From positions 2,720,001 through 2,784,000 of the forward strand of contig OZ245002.1 of NCBI GenBank assembly GCA_965223415.1: DNA of 64,000 bases, in the 5' to 3' direction. Below the pieces are notes generated by a model, which saw nothing but the letters and a program-made list of their open reading frames with translations, ran no database searches and was not told the origin of the DNA. The position numbers were made by a program, and so were the translations under genes. Of the stretch, positions 36,825 to 46,953 are shown one piece after another. Each line of letters begins with the position of its first letter. The first letter of the stretch is position 1. Source of the stretch: Myxococcota bacterium (GTDB lineage Bacteria; Myxococcota_A; UBA9160; UBA6930).

Positions 36825-38324
36825 TCATCCGCCGACGCGGTGGGCGGTGACGCTGCGAACTTGGAGAGGCTCGGGGTTGCAGACCCCCTTCGGGCAGAAG
36901 GCGACCTTCAGCACCTCGGCGGCGAGCTGGCTGGCGCTCATCCAGTAGAGCGGGCCCTGGACGGCGACGGTGGCGACGGCCAGCTTGGGCTCGTCGGCGG
37001 GCGCGACGCCGATGAACCACTCGTAGCGACCGGTCGGATCCCTGCCGTTCAGGCTGCCGGTCTTTCCTGCCACGTCGATACCTTTCAGCAGCGGGTGGCC
37101 GCGGCGGGTGCGAAACGCCTTGCGAGCGGTGCCGCGGCGAGTGGTGTCGACGAGCATCTCGCGCAGGTCCTTGGCGAGGCCCGGCGTGAGCACGCGCACG
37201 GGCTCGGGCGTCGGGGCCAGGGGCATCTCCAGACCGCCGTCCCCCTCGACCCTCGCCACCCAACGGGGGGCGACGCGCTTGCCGTGGGCGAGGACGGCGG
37301 CCAGCTGCACCGCGTGGAGCGGCGTGATCCGCAGCCCGTCCAGCCCGGAGCCGAGCTTGCCAAGCGCCAGCCGGTCCTCCTCCTCGCCGGTGAGGCGACC
37401 GGGCCGGTGGGTGCGCGCCGGCGGCGTGAGGAAGCCGAACCGGTCGATCGCGCGCACCAGGCTGTCCCGCCCGATGTGATGCACCGCGTACTGGGCGAAG
37501 CACTTGTTGTTCGACGTGGCGAGGGCCTTGCGCAGGTTCGCCCGGTTCCCTCCTCGGGACGGCGGGTCGATGTGCCGGGCGCGCAGGCGATAGGGATCCC
37601 CGGCGAAGCGGCAGGTCTCCCCGGCGGCCCCGGGCCGCTTGTCGAGCAGCGCGGCCGCCGTGACCACCTTCACGAGAGACGCCGCGGGGTAGGCCTGGGC
37701 CGGCGGGAACCGCTCCGGATCCGTCGACACGTAGGCCAGCAGCTCGCCGGTCCGGGGGTCCATCAGCAGCACGTGACCGAGCGAGACCCGGCCGCGGTCG
37801 AGGACCTTCCAGATCTGGCGGGTGAGCTCGCTGTCGAGGGTGTACTCGACCCGAAGACCGTCGGCGGTGCGCGGTACCTCGAGGTTCCCCCGACCCACTG
37901 GCGGCGCCCACAGCTCGTCGGGCAGCGGGGCGAGCGGCGGCGCCGAGGCGACCGGCGGCGGCGCAGCCGTCGAGGGCGCGGAAGCGACGGAGGGAGGCGC
38001 GGCGACGGGAGACGCCGCTGCCGGCTTCGTCGCGGCGGGCACCGGCTCGTCGTCAGCGGAGAAGCCGAGGCTCGCGAGGGCGCCGAGCACCAACAGCACT
38101 CCGGCAGCGATCGTCAGCCGGCCGCGCAGCGTCATGCGGCGGCGGCCATTTCGCGCTCGGGGCTCCCCTTCGCGCGCGCGGACCCGCGCCAGCCCACCTT
38201 CCGCGAGGGCCCGCGCAGCGGCCCACCCGCGGGCCAGCGGCGCCCACGGCCGCGGCCTGCGCGTTCGCCTCCGCGTCCTGGTGAAGAACGGGCGACGCCC
38301 CGACGGCTCGAATCCCCCCGACAT
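36825..38324 (-). CDS. Penicillin-binding transpeptidase-domain protein
   Basis: TM, Pro/Ala linker, SxxK (SLVK), SxN (SNN), KTG. Confidence 0.88.
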   Translation of the reverse strand: MSGGFEPSGRRPFFTRTRRRTRRPRPWAPLARGWAAARALAEGGLARVRAREGEPRARNGRRRMTLRGRLTIAAGVLLVLGALASLGFSADDEPVPAATKPAAASPVAAPPSVASAPSTAAPPPVASAPPLAPLPDELWAPPVGRGNLEVPRTADGLRVEYTLDSELTRQIWKVLDRGRVSLGHVLLMDPRTGELLAYVSTDPERFPPAQAYPAASLVKVVTAAALLDKRPGAAGETCRFAGDPYRLRARHIDPPSRGGNRANLRKALATSNNKCFAQYAVHHIGRDSLVRAIDRFGFLTPPARTHRPGRLTGEEEDRLALGKLGSGLDGLRITPLHAVQLAAVLAHGKRVAPRWVARVEGDGGLEMPLAPTPEPVRVLTPGLAKDLREMLVDTTRRGTARKAFRTRRGHPLLKGIDVAGKTGSLNGRDPTGRYEWFIGVAPADEPKLAVATVAVQGPLYWMSASQLAAEVLKVAFCPKGVCNPEPLQVRSVTAHRVGG

Positions 38325-38436
38325 GGCCCAAAGGCCTCCTCTCGGCTCCGGATCCCGACATGCGGGCATCCGGTCCTGCATCGGCCCGCGCGTCGGGGGG
38401 ACGGGTGCGCGGGCTCACGCTTCTACTGTGACGACC

Positions 38437-39012
38437 TCACACCTGGATGACCCGCTCGACCTCCGGGACGACCTCCTTGAGGCGCCCCTCGATGCCGAAG
38501 CGCAGGGTGGCCGTGGAGCTGGGACAGCCCACGCAGGAGCCCTGCAGCATGACCTCGACGGTTCCGTCGGCGAACGAGACGAACACGACGTCGCCGCCGT
38601 CCATCGCCACCGCCGGCCGGATCTCGTTCTCGAGCACGGCCTTGATCCGCTCCTCCACCTCGCCGCCCCCGGCGGCGGCCGGCTGGGCCTCGAAGGCCGG
38701 GCCGAGGGCCGCCTCGCCGGACGCGGCGAAGGCCTTGATCGCGTCGACGACCGGCTGGGCGAGGTCTGTCCACTCGGGCTCCTCCTCCTTCGTCACGGTG
38801 ACGAAGTTCTGCCCGATGAACACACCGACGACCCCCTTCACGGCGAAGAGCGCCGCAGCGAGGGGAGAGATGTCTTCGCCCACCGGCTCGCGGAAGTTCG
38901 CGGTCGCGCCGGCCGGCGCGAGCTCCGCCGAGAGCATCCACTTGATGCTCTGCGGGTTCGGCGTGCGCTCGGCGTGCATCCGGAAGCCGAGTCCGGGGCT
39001 GGCGGCGGGCAT
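38437..39012 (-). CDS. NifU/Nfu Fe-S carrier protein
   Basis: TPNPQSIK, IRPAVAMDGGD, GSCVGCPSS. Confidence 0.92.
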   Translation of the reverse strand: MPAASPGLGFRMHAERTPNPQSIKWMLSAELAPAGATANFREPVGEDISPLAAALFAVKGVVGVFIGQNFVTVTKEEEPEWTDLAQPVVDAIKAFAASGEAALGPAFEAQPAAAGGGEVEERIKAVLENEIRPAVAMDGGDVVFVSFADGTVEVMLQGSCVGCPSSTATLRFGIEGRLKEVVPEVERVIQV

Positions 39013-39063
39013 GGAGGAGGTCCTTCCGGGGGGCTCCGCAAGGGTAGGGAGCCGGGAGGGATT

Positions 39064-39828
39064 TCACACGTCGCCGAAGAGCTCGCGCTCGAGGCCCTCC
39101 AGGGTGAGCACCAGGTGCCCCGCCGCCCGCGCCTCCCGGACTTCGCGCTCGCCGTTGTAGCCCCAGCTCGCCAGGGCGCAACGCACACCCAGTGGCGCCA
39201 CCGAAGCCAGGTGGTTGAGCTTGTCGTCGACGAAGGTGATCTCGGGCAGGGCGGTGCCGGTGCGGGCGGCCAGCGCCTCCAGGTGGGCGCGCTTGCTGCG
39301 TCCGGCCTCCTTGTCGAGCACGCGCTCGGCCGGAAAGAGATCCGCCACGCCGTAGCGCTCCAGCAGCTGCTCCACCGAGGCACGATCCTTGGCCGTGGCG
39401 ATCGCCAGCGTGACGTCGGCGGCACGCCGGCGAAGCACGGGCAGCACTTCGGGATAGGCGTCCATCTCCACCAGCCAGCCCTCGCGATCGCGGGCCGCCC
39501 AGGCCGCGCGCACCTCGTAGAAGCGGGCGTGGAAGGCGGCCAGCTCCTCGGGGCTCTGCTCGGCGAAGAAGGCGTCGTAGGCGGCCTGGTCCGGCAGCGG
39601 GACGTCGGCCTCCAGGGCCAGGAGCGCGACCAGGTAGTCCTCGGCCCGGTTGCCGAGCGGCATCAGCGCGACGAAGGAGGCGAAGAGCCCGGGCGCCTCG
39701 GCTGCGCGGAGTGCGCGGGGGTGGCGCCCTCCCTGGCGCAGCTCGTGATAGGTCTCGAGGGCGACGACGAAGGCCTCCCGCGCCGAGTCGGAGACCACAC
39801 CGTCGAAATCGAGGGCGAGCACCTTCAC
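39064..39828 (-). CDS. HAD-family hydrolase
   Basis: ALDFDGVVSDS, FVDDK, WGYN. Confidence 0.85.
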   Translation of the reverse strand: MKVLALDFDGVVSDSAREAFVVALETYHELRQGGRHPRALRAAEAPGLFASFVALMPLGNRAEDYLVALLALEADVPLPDQAAYDAFFAEQSPEELAAFHARFYEVRAAWAARDREGWLVEMDAYPEVLPVLRRRAADVTLAIATAKDRASVEQLLERYGVADLFPAERVLDKEAGRSKRAHLEALAARTGTALPEITFVDDKLNHLASVAPLGVRCALASWGYNGEREVREARAAGHLVLTLEGLERELFGDV

Positions 39829-40835
39829 GCACCCACCTCGAGCACGGCGGCGCCGCGGATGCGGTCCTCCTTCAAGTCGAGCAGGGCCTCGTTCGCACGC
39901 TCCAGGGGATAGGGCACGGTGTGGGTCGCGATCGGGATCTCGCGGGCGAGGCGCAGCAGGGTGCGGGCGTCCGCCCGGGTGTTGGCGGTGACGCTCACCA
40001 GCTGCCGCTCCTGGAAGAGGTGGCGCGGGTAGTCGAGGGGCGGGATCTCGCTCAGGTGGATGCCGGCGAGGGCGAGGGTGGCGCCCCGGTCGAGCGCCTC
40101 GAGAGCGGGGGGAACGAGGCTCCCGGCGGGTGCGAACAGGATGGCGCCGTCGAGAGGCTCCGGCATCGCCTCGCTCGCCTCGCCCACCCAGTGGGCGCCC
40201 ATCTCCCGGGCCAGGGCCTGGTGCCGCTCGCCGCGACTGGCGACGTACACCCGGCAGCCGTGGTGGAGCGCGATCTGCAGGACGATGTGGGCCGAGCCCC
40301 CGAAGCCGTAGAGGCCGATCCGCCCGCCGGGCGGGACCTGGGAGCGCACCCAGGCCCGGTAGCCGATGATGCCGGCACACAACAGCGGCGCCATGCCGTG
40401 GGGATCGGCGTCGTCCGGAAGCGGATGGACGAAGGCCGCGGGGGCAACGACGGCCTCGGCATAGCCTCCGTCCCGATCCCAGCCGGTGAAGACGGGCTCG
40501 AGACACAGGTTCTCGTCGCCCCGACGGCAGAAGCGGCAGCGGCCGCAGCTCTCGTGGAGCCACGCCACGCCGACCCGCTCGCCCACGGCCGGGCGCTCGA
40601 CGCCGGGGCCCCGGGCCTCCACGCGCCCCACCACCTCGTGGCCGGGGACGACGTGGTCGCGACGGACGGCGAGGTCTCCCTCCGCCACGTGGAGATCGGT
40701 GCGGCACACGCCGCACACTTCGACCCGCACCCGCACCTCGCCGGGGCCCGGCTCGGGAAGGGGCAGGTCGGCCAGGCGGAGGGGCCGCTCGGCGGCAGGG
40801 CGGGGTGTATCGACCTGCATGGCGCGCATGGGCAT
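39825..40835 (-). CDS. Zinc-dependent alcohol dehydrogenase family protein
   Basis: CGVCRTDLH, GHE, CxxCxxC(7)C, GFGGSA. Confidence 0.92.
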   Translation of the reverse strand: MPMRAMQVDTPRPAAERPLRLADLPLPEPGPGEVRVRVEVCGVCRTDLHVAEGDLAVRRDHVVPGHEVVGRVEARGPGVERPAVGERVGVAWLHESCGRCRFCRRGDENLCLEPVFTGWDRDGGYAEAVVAPAAFVHPLPDDADPHGMAPLLCAGIIGYRAWVRSQVPPGGRIGLYGFGGSAHIVLQIALHHGCRVYVASRGERHQALAREMGAHWVGEASEAMPEPLDGAILFAPAGSLVPPALEALDRGATLALAGIHLSEIPPLDYPRHLFQERQLVSVTANTRADARTLLRLAREIPIATHTVPYPLERANEALLDLKEDRIRGAAVLEVGA

Positions 40836-40893
40836 CCGGTAGCACGCGACGAAGCGGGGACCCAGCGGCAGCAGGGGCTACCCTCCGCCCGCC

Positions 40894-41880
40894 GTGGCCC
40901 AAACGAGTGGACGCACCAAGCTCTGGCAGCGCCTCCTGCCGTGGGTCGTCTCGGCCTCCGCGCTCGTCTACGTGTTCGGCTTCGCGACGGACTGGGGCCG
41001 GCTCGTCGAGGCGACCCGTCAGGCGAACCTGCCACTCTTCGTGCTGGTCGTGTCCATCGACAAGCTGGTCTTCTTCCTCGTGTGGGCGTGGCTGCAGGCC
41101 GAGGCCCTGCGGCGGCTGGTCACGCCAGTGCCGCGGCGGGAGGTGCTCTCGGTGCGGGCGGGCTCGGAGCTCTTCCGCGCGATCAGCAACCCGCTGGCCG
41201 ACGCCGCCTTCCTGGTGGGGGTCTCCCGGCTCACCGGCGGACGGCTCGACGCGGTCGTGACCGTCGCGCTGGTCCCCTTCGTCACCCACCTGATCGTGCT
41301 CCTGATCCAGCTCTCGGTGGCGCTGCCGTTCATGCCCGGCGGCCCGGAGCGCAACGAGCTCGTGATCTCGGCGGCAGCCCTGGGCTGGCTGGGCATCGCG
41401 CTCGTCGCCCTGAGCCTGCGCTTCGCGCCCGCCGGCCGGCTGCCCGGCGTGGCGCGTGCCCTGCGCTGGCTCGAGCGCATCCCGATGCGGCAGCTCGCGC
41501 CCTTCATCGGCTGGTTCCTGGTGCTGGCGATCTTCGACGTGGCCATCCAGGGCGTGGCCACTCGCGCCTTCGGCACGCCGATCCCGTGGATCGTCCTCGC
41601 CGGCCGGATTCCGATCCTCTATCTGGCCCTCGCCATGCCCTCGGTCGGCAACTTCGGCGTGCGCGAGTTCACCTGGGCCGAGCTCTACGCGGACTTCGGG
41701 GACCGGGACGCGCTGATCGCCTACGCCTTCGCCACCAACGCGATCTTCCTCGTATGGAACGTGGTCATCGGCGTCTTCTTCCTGCGCCGCGCCATCACGC
41801 TCGTCAGCGAGGTCCGCCGCACCCGCAAGAGCGGGGAGCGCGTCCCCGAGCCCATCCTCCATGACGCCCTGGACGGGTGA
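40894..41880 (+). CDS. Lysylphosphatidylglycerol-synthase-TM/flippase-like membrane protein
   Basis: Multiple TMs; PSVGNFGVRE. Confidence 0.7.
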   Translation: MAQTSGRTKLWQRLLPWVVSASALVYVFGFATDWGRLVEATRQANLPLFVLVVSIDKLVFFLVWAWLQAEALRRLVTPVPRREVLSVRAGSELFRAISNPLADAAFLVGVSRLTGGRLDAVVTVALVPFVTHLIVLLIQLSVALPFMPGGPERNELVISAAALGWLGIALVALSLRFAPAGRLPGVARALRWLERIPMRQLAPFIGWFLVLAIFDVAIQGVATRAFGTPIPWIVLAGRIPILYLALAMPSVGNFGVREFTWAELYADFGDRDALIAYAFATNAIFLVWNVVIGVFFLRRAITLVSEVRRTRKSGERVPEPILHDALDG

Positions 41881-41898
41881 ACCCGACCGTGGGAACGT

Positions 41899-42462
41899 TC
41901 AGCCGCCTTCGCGCTGGCGCTGACGATCGCCGCTCAGGTTCAGGATCTCGCGCGGGAAGGCGTCGACCAGGAACTGGACGACGTCCCGAACGGAGACCAC
42001 GAACACGGGGCGGCCCCGATCGTCGACCACCGGGATGTGACGGAAGCCGCCGACGCTCATGTGGTTCAGGGCCTCGGCGATGGTCTGGTCCTCGTAGAGG
42101 AACTCGGGATCCGGCGTCATCACGTCGTTCAGCGCCAGGATCGCCGGATTGCGGCCACCGTCGACGATCCGGTAGAGCACGTCGCGCTCGGTGAAGATGC
42201 CGATCACCGGTGTGCCCGGCGTGCCGTCCTCGGTGACGATGACGACACCCCGGCTCTCGCCCTTCATCGCTCGGATCGCATCGGTGACCGAGCTGGCGGG
42301 CCCGAGGACCACTGGCTTGCGGGCCGGAAGGATGGTCGCCGGCTCGTGGAGGAGCCGGGTGTCGAAGCCGCGATCGATCGGGCCTCGACTCGACAGGGAC
42401 TCGAAGTAGGCCTCGTCCTGGTCTTCGATGCCGTCGGAGAAGCCGGTGCGGTCCTGCGGCAT
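41899..42462 (-). CDS. CBS-domain protein
   Basis: GIFTERD, MTPDP, FRHIPVVD. Confidence 0.9.
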   Translation of the reverse strand: MPQDRTGFSDGIEDQDEAYFESLSSRGPIDRGFDTRLLHEPATILPARKPVVLGPASSVTDAIRAMKGESRGVVIVTEDGTPGTPVIGIFTERDVLYRIVDGGRNPAILALNDVMTPDPEFLYEDQTIAEALNHMSVGGFRHIPVVDDRGRPVFVVSVRDVVQFLVDAFPREILNLSGDRQRQREGG

Positions 42463-42516
42463 GATGCGCCCTCCCAGAGTTTCGAGCGTCCGAGAAGATA
42501 CCACGCCGAACGCAGT

Positions 42517-43134
42517 TCAGCGGGTGGGGCGGATCGCCACCTCGGGGGCCCCTAGGGAAAACCCCAGTCCCTCGCCCAGGCGTGCCAGAAGTCGCACAAC
42601 CTCCGGATGGAGCTCCTCGGGTCGGGTCGCCCGCGCGATCCGTCCTGGGGGAAGGCGGCGTCCGAGCTCGCGGGCGAGCGGCCCCTTCGGACCGAGCAGG
42701 CGCTTCGCGTCGAGGCGATCGAGAGCCACCTCGTCGGCCAGCCCTGGGGCATGGCTGCGCAGCAGGCGCTCGAGCTGGGCGGTTTGTGCGGCATCCAGCC
42801 GCAGGGCCCGGCGAATCGCGCCCGGAGCGAGCAGATAGCTCTCGATGTGCCGTCGGCTCCAGCAGAAGGCCTCGAGACCGTCGGTCTCGTCGACGCTCAC
42901 GGCCCGAGCGTCGCGATCGAGCACGCACAGGCCCCGTGCTTCCGGGTGGGCCTCGCGCAGGTCGTCGAGGTGACGTCGTGCCCGCTCGGGCCGGCGCCCC
43001 CCGAGGATGACCATGGCACCGCCCAAGGCCCGGGAGAGAGGCGGCGACATGCCCCGCGCCCAGCCTCGAAGGATCTCCCCGTCCCGCGCTCCCTCGACGT
43101 ACACGACGAAGGGGCTGCCGCCGCGCTTGGACAC
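42517..43134 (-). CDS. Stand-alone OLD-type TOPRIM-like protein
   Basis: VYVEGARD, VLDRD, RHIESYLL; start uncertain. Confidence 0.55.
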   Translation of the reverse strand: MSKRGGSPFVVYVEGARDGEILRGWARGMSPPLSRALGGAMVILGGRRPERARRHLDDLREAHPEARGLCVLDRDARAVSVDETDGLEAFCWSRRHIESYLLAPGAIRRALRLDAAQTAQLERLLRSHAPGLADEVALDRLDAKRLLGPKGPLARELGRRLPPGRIARATRPEELHPEVVRLLARLGEGLGFSLGAPEVAIRPTR

Positions 43135-43223
43135 AACGCGAACAGGGTACACGCCAGATGTGGGGATTGTCACCAACCCGCCTAGCGGTTTACTCTCCCG
43201 GGGGAAACGCGAAGGGGTCGCAT

Positions 43224-43865
43224 TTGATCGGTGCCGTGATTGCGGACGACCATGCCATCGTCCGAGAGGGATTGCGCCGCTTGCTCGAGGCAGAGGACGA
43301 CATCGAGGTCTTCTCCGAAGCATCGGACGGACGCGAGGTCCTCGAAGCGGTCGCGAAGCACCAGCCCCAGGTGGTGATCCTCGACATCTCGATGCCGAAG
43401 CTCGGCGGTCTCGAGACCCTGGAACGACTTCGGAGCGCCCACCCGGACGTGAAGGTGATCCTCCTGTCCGTGCACGGCGATCCGCCGTACATCCAGAGCG
43501 CCGTCAGCCTGGGTGCGGACGGCTATGTGCTGAAGAATGGTCGCGTGAGCGAGGTCATCTCGGCTGTGCGCGCCGTCACCAAGGGCGGCAGCTATTTCAG
43601 TCCGCCGGTCGCGAAGGAGATCGTCGAGCAGCTCCGCACGCCCGAGCGCGGAGCCGCCGAGCCCTTCTCGGTGCTCTCGTCTCGCGAGCGCGAGGTGCTG
43701 CAGCTCATCGCCGAGGGCCTCTCCGCCAAGGAGATCGCCAGCGAGCTCGGCATCAGCACCAAGACCGTCGAGGCCCACCGCACCAGCGTCATGCGCAAGC
43801 TCGGCGCCCGCAAAGCGACCGAGCTCGTCCGCTACGCCCTCCGCCACGGCCTCATCGAGCCCTGA
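43224..43865 (+). CDS. NarL/LuxR-family response regulator
   Basis: ADDHAIVREG, ILDISMP, LSSREREVL...KTVEAHR. Confidence 0.93.
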   Translation: MIGAVIADDHAIVREGLRRLLEAEDDIEVFSEASDGREVLEAVAKHQPQVVILDISMPKLGGLETLERLRSAHPDVKVILLSVHGDPPYIQSAVSLGADGYVLKNGRVSEVISAVRAVTKGGSYFSPPVAKEIVEQLRTPERGAAEPFSVLSSREREVLQLIAEGLSAKEIASELGISTKTVEAHRTSVMRKLGARKATELVRYALRHGLIEP

Positions 43866-43886
43866 GCGCGCCGCGGGGAACGCTCC

Positions 43887-45065
43887 CTATCCCAGCAGCG
43901 CGACGGCCTCGACGTGCGGGGTCTGGGGGAAGAGGTCGAAGGCTTCCAGGCCCTCGAGGCGGTAGCCCCGCGCGACCAGCACGCGCAGGTCCCGGGCCAG
44001 CGTCGCCGGATCGCAGGAGACGTAGACGATGCGATCGGCCCCTAGGGCCGCCAGGGCCTCGGCACCGCCCTTCGGGAGACCGGTGCGCGGCGGGTCGAGG
44101 AGCACCAGATCGGGACGCGGATCCCGCGGATCGGCCAGGTAGGCCTCCACCGCCAGGGGACGCACGCCCACCCGAGCCGGGACCGCGGCGCCCGTCAGGT
44201 TGTGCTCGAGGTCCCGCACGGCTCGGGCATCGGACTCGATGGCGGTGACGTGCGCGAAGGCCCGCGCCAGCGCCAGGGTGAAGAAGCCCGCGCCGGCGTA
44301 GAGCTCGAGGGCGCGCTCGCCGCCGCCGCAGGCCGCGGCCACGGCGGCGGCCAGCCGGAGACGCAGGGCGGCGTTCGCCTGGAAGAAGACGCCGGGCCCG
44401 ACGCGGAGGCGATCCGCACCGAGCTCGAGCACGATCGGCGCCGCCCGGGCCCCGGGCCCGCGTGCGCGCACGGACACCTCGCCGCCGTCTCCCCGGGCCA
44501 CGAGCCACTCCACTTCGGCTTCCGGCGGCTCCTTCGCCAGCTCGCCCAGGACCGCATCGAGCTCCGGCACGAGCACCGGGCAGCCCCGGATCCCGCACAC
44601 CTCATGAGAGCGCGCGCGCCGGAAACCCACCCGGCCCGCCTGCCCGAGGATCCGCGCCCGGCTCCGGTAGGCGAGCTCGGGACCGGCGTGGATCGGCGTC
44701 TCCCCCGGCGGCGCGAGGCCCGCGATGCGCTCCACCGCGTCCCGGAGGATGCGGCGCTTGGCGGCGAGCTGGGCCTCGTGGGTCAGGTGCTGCCAGGCGC
44801 AGCCGCCGCACTTGCCCGCCACGGGGCAAGCGGGCGCACGGCGGCCAGGCCCGGGGCGCAGCACCTCCACCGGCTCGCCGCGGGCGAAGCGCTTCCGCGT
44901 CTCCCGCAGGCGCACGAGCACCTGGTCTCCCGGTGCGGTCCAGGGCACGAACACCACCCGGCCGTCCGCGAGCCGGCCCACGCCGTCGCCGCCGGCGGCG
45001 AGGCTCTCGATCTCCACGACGACCGGCGCGTCTCCGGTGCCCAGAGCGGTGGCCTCACCCGCCAT
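43887..45065 (-). CDS. 23S rRNA (uracil-5-)-methyltransferase, RlmD-like
   Basis: TRAM domain, CGGC, FFQAN, LDPPR, YVSCDP, DLFPQTPHVE. Confidence 0.9.
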   Translation of the reverse strand: MAGEATALGTGDAPVVVEIESLAAGGDGVGRLADGRVVFVPWTAPGDQVLVRLRETRKRFARGEPVEVLRPGPGRRAPACPVAGKCGGCAWQHLTHEAQLAAKRRILRDAVERIAGLAPPGETPIHAGPELAYRSRARILGQAGRVGFRRARSHEVCGIRGCPVLVPELDAVLGELAKEPPEAEVEWLVARGDGGEVSVRARGPGARAAPIVLELGADRLRVGPGVFFQANAALRLRLAAAVAAACGGGERALELYAGAGFFTLALARAFAHVTAIESDARAVRDLEHNLTGAAVPARVGVRPLAVEAYLADPRDPRPDLVLLDPPRTGLPKGGAEALAALGADRIVYVSCDPATLARDLRVLVARGYRLEGLEAFDLFPQTPHVEAVALLG

Positions 45066-46953
45066 CGGGAGCACCGAAGCCCAGCTCGGAGAGGCGGGCC
45101 CGCACGGCACTGCCGGGCTCGAGCAGCCGGCGCAGCGCCGCCACGGCGGGCCGGCCCGCACGCTCCCGCGGCACCACGAAGTCGTAGTGCTCCGCCCGCA
45201 GCGGCTGGAAGCGCAGCCCCGCCTGGTCGGCCACCGGCCCGATGGTGACGCCCCAGTCCGCCCGCTTCTGGGCCACCGCCGCCGCCACCGCGTAGTGGGA
45301 GCGGGGCTCGTAGGCATGGCCCGCCGGGCGCCGCTCTCCGAGCAGAGCGTCGATCAACACCCGCGTGCCGGCGCCGCGGTTGCGATTGACCATGCGAAGG
45401 GCCGGGGCGTCGAGCAGCGCCTCGACGTCCCGCGCCTCGTCGGGACGGGTCACCACTCCCTGCATGCGGGTGTAGCCGCGCACCAGCTCGAGCCCCTCGC
45501 CGAGGAACGGCCGGTTGTACTCGCCGCTCTCGGGATCGAGCAGGTGCACTGGGGCCACGTCGCACTCGCCCCGGCGCGCGGCCTCGAGCCCGCCCTGGCT
45601 GCCCACCGCCATCACCTTCACGCGAAAGCCTTCGGCGGAGAGCGCCGACGCCAGCACGTCGAGCCCCGCGCAGTGGCTGCCGACCACGACCAGGTCCGCC
45701 ACGGGCAGCTCCCGGCCAATCAGCGTCACCTGGACCTCGCTGTCCGCCTCGACGATCTCCGTGTTGCGACCGACCCGCACGAAGCCGTCGGCCCGGCTGA
45801 AGGCCGTGACCGAGCCGCTGCCCTTGCCCATCGGATAGGCGGCCAGGGCACCGTCCGCTCCCCGGACGAGGCCGACGAGCAGGTACTCGAGGCGCCCGCG
45901 CTCGGATTGCACGCGCAGGGCGAGCTGCGCAGCGACCTCTTCGCGGCGGTCACGGGAGAGGCCGGCCATCTCGCGCAGCACCGGCGCGACGAACTCGTGG
46001 AAGGTGAAGACAGCGGAGGTCGGGAAGCCCGGCAGGATCACGACGGGCTTCTCTCCCGCCGCCGCCAGGCAGATCGGCTTGCCGGGCTTGAGGGCGACGC
46101 CGTGCACGACGATGCCGGGTTCGAGATCCGCGACGACCCGCGCGTTCAGGTCCCCCTCGCCCTTCGACGTACCGCCGGAGAGGAGCACCAGGTCCGCCGA
46201 CGCCACCGCCTCGTCGAGGGCGGCGCGCAGCGCCGTCTCCTCGTCACGGAAGGCGCCCAGGAACCAGGGCTCGCCGCCGAGCTCGCGCACCGCATCGGCC
46301 AGGATGCGTCCATTGCTGTCGAACACGAGCCCGGGCCGCATCGCCTCACCGGGCTGCACGATCTCGTCGCCGGTGGAGACGATCGCCACCCTCGGGCGCG
46401 GACGGACGGCGACGCGGTCGCAGCCGATCGCGGCCAGCACGCCGGTCTCCCGGGAGGTGAGCGACACGCCGGCGAAGAGCACCGTCTCCCCCATTCCCAT
46501 GTCGGTGCCGGCGAAGGACACGGCGCCCCCGGGCACCCGCGCCCGGCGCACGATCAGAACGTCACCTTCGACGTCGGTGTGCTCGACGGGCACGACCGCG
46601 TCGGCTCCGCGCGGCAGCATGCCGCCGGTGGCGATGGGCGTGGCCGTGCCTTCGGTCACCTCGAGCCGGGGCGCGACGCCGGTGGGAATCGTCTCCGGGT
46701 TCAGGCGCAGTCGAGCCGGCTCCTCCTCGGACGCGCCAAAGGTATCCCGCGCGCGCACCGCGAAGCCATCCATGTTCGAGCGGTCGAAGCCCGGCACGTC
46801 GACGCCCGCGTGCACGTCCCGGGCCAGCACCCGGCCCAGCGCCTCTTCGAGCGGAACCTCCTCCTCCGCGGGTGCGACCGGGCGGATCACCTTCCGCCAG
46901 CGACGCTCCGCCTCGTCCCGGTCGAGCACCTCGAGGAACTGCTGCTGCTTCAC
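45055..46953 (-). CDS. moeA: MoeA fused to a periplasmic-binding-fold domain
   Basis: FDRSNMDG, SGGTSKG, LPGFP; C-terminal GSHC, NRNRGAGTR. Confidence 0.9.
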   Translation of the reverse strand: MKQQQFLEVLDRDEAERRWRKVIRPVAPAEEEVPLEEALGRVLARDVHAGVDVPGFDRSNMDGFAVRARDTFGASEEEPARLRLNPETIPTGVAPRLEVTEGTATPIATGGMLPRGADAVVPVEHTDVEGDVLIVRRARVPGGAVSFAGTDMGMGETVLFAGVSLTSRETGVLAAIGCDRVAVRPRPRVAIVSTGDEIVQPGEAMRPGLVFDSNGRILADAVRELGGEPWFLGAFRDEETALRAALDEAVASADLVLLSGGTSKGEGDLNARVVADLEPGIVVHGVALKPGKPICLAAAGEKPVVILPGFPTSAVFTFHEFVAPVLREMAGLSRDRREEVAAQLALRVQSERGRLEYLLVGLVRGADGALAAYPMGKGSGSVTAFSRADGFVRVGRNTEIVEADSEVQVTLIGRELPVADLVVVGSHCAGLDVLASALSAEGFRVKVMAVGSQGGLEAARRGECDVAPVHLLDPESGEYNRPFLGEGLELVRGYTRMQGVVTRPDEARDVEALLDAPALRMVNRNRGAGTRVLIDALLGERRPAGHAYEPRSHYAVAAAVAQKRADWGVTIGPVADQAGLRFQPLRAEHYDFVVPRERAGRPAVAALRRLLEPGSAVRARLSELGFGAPDGG

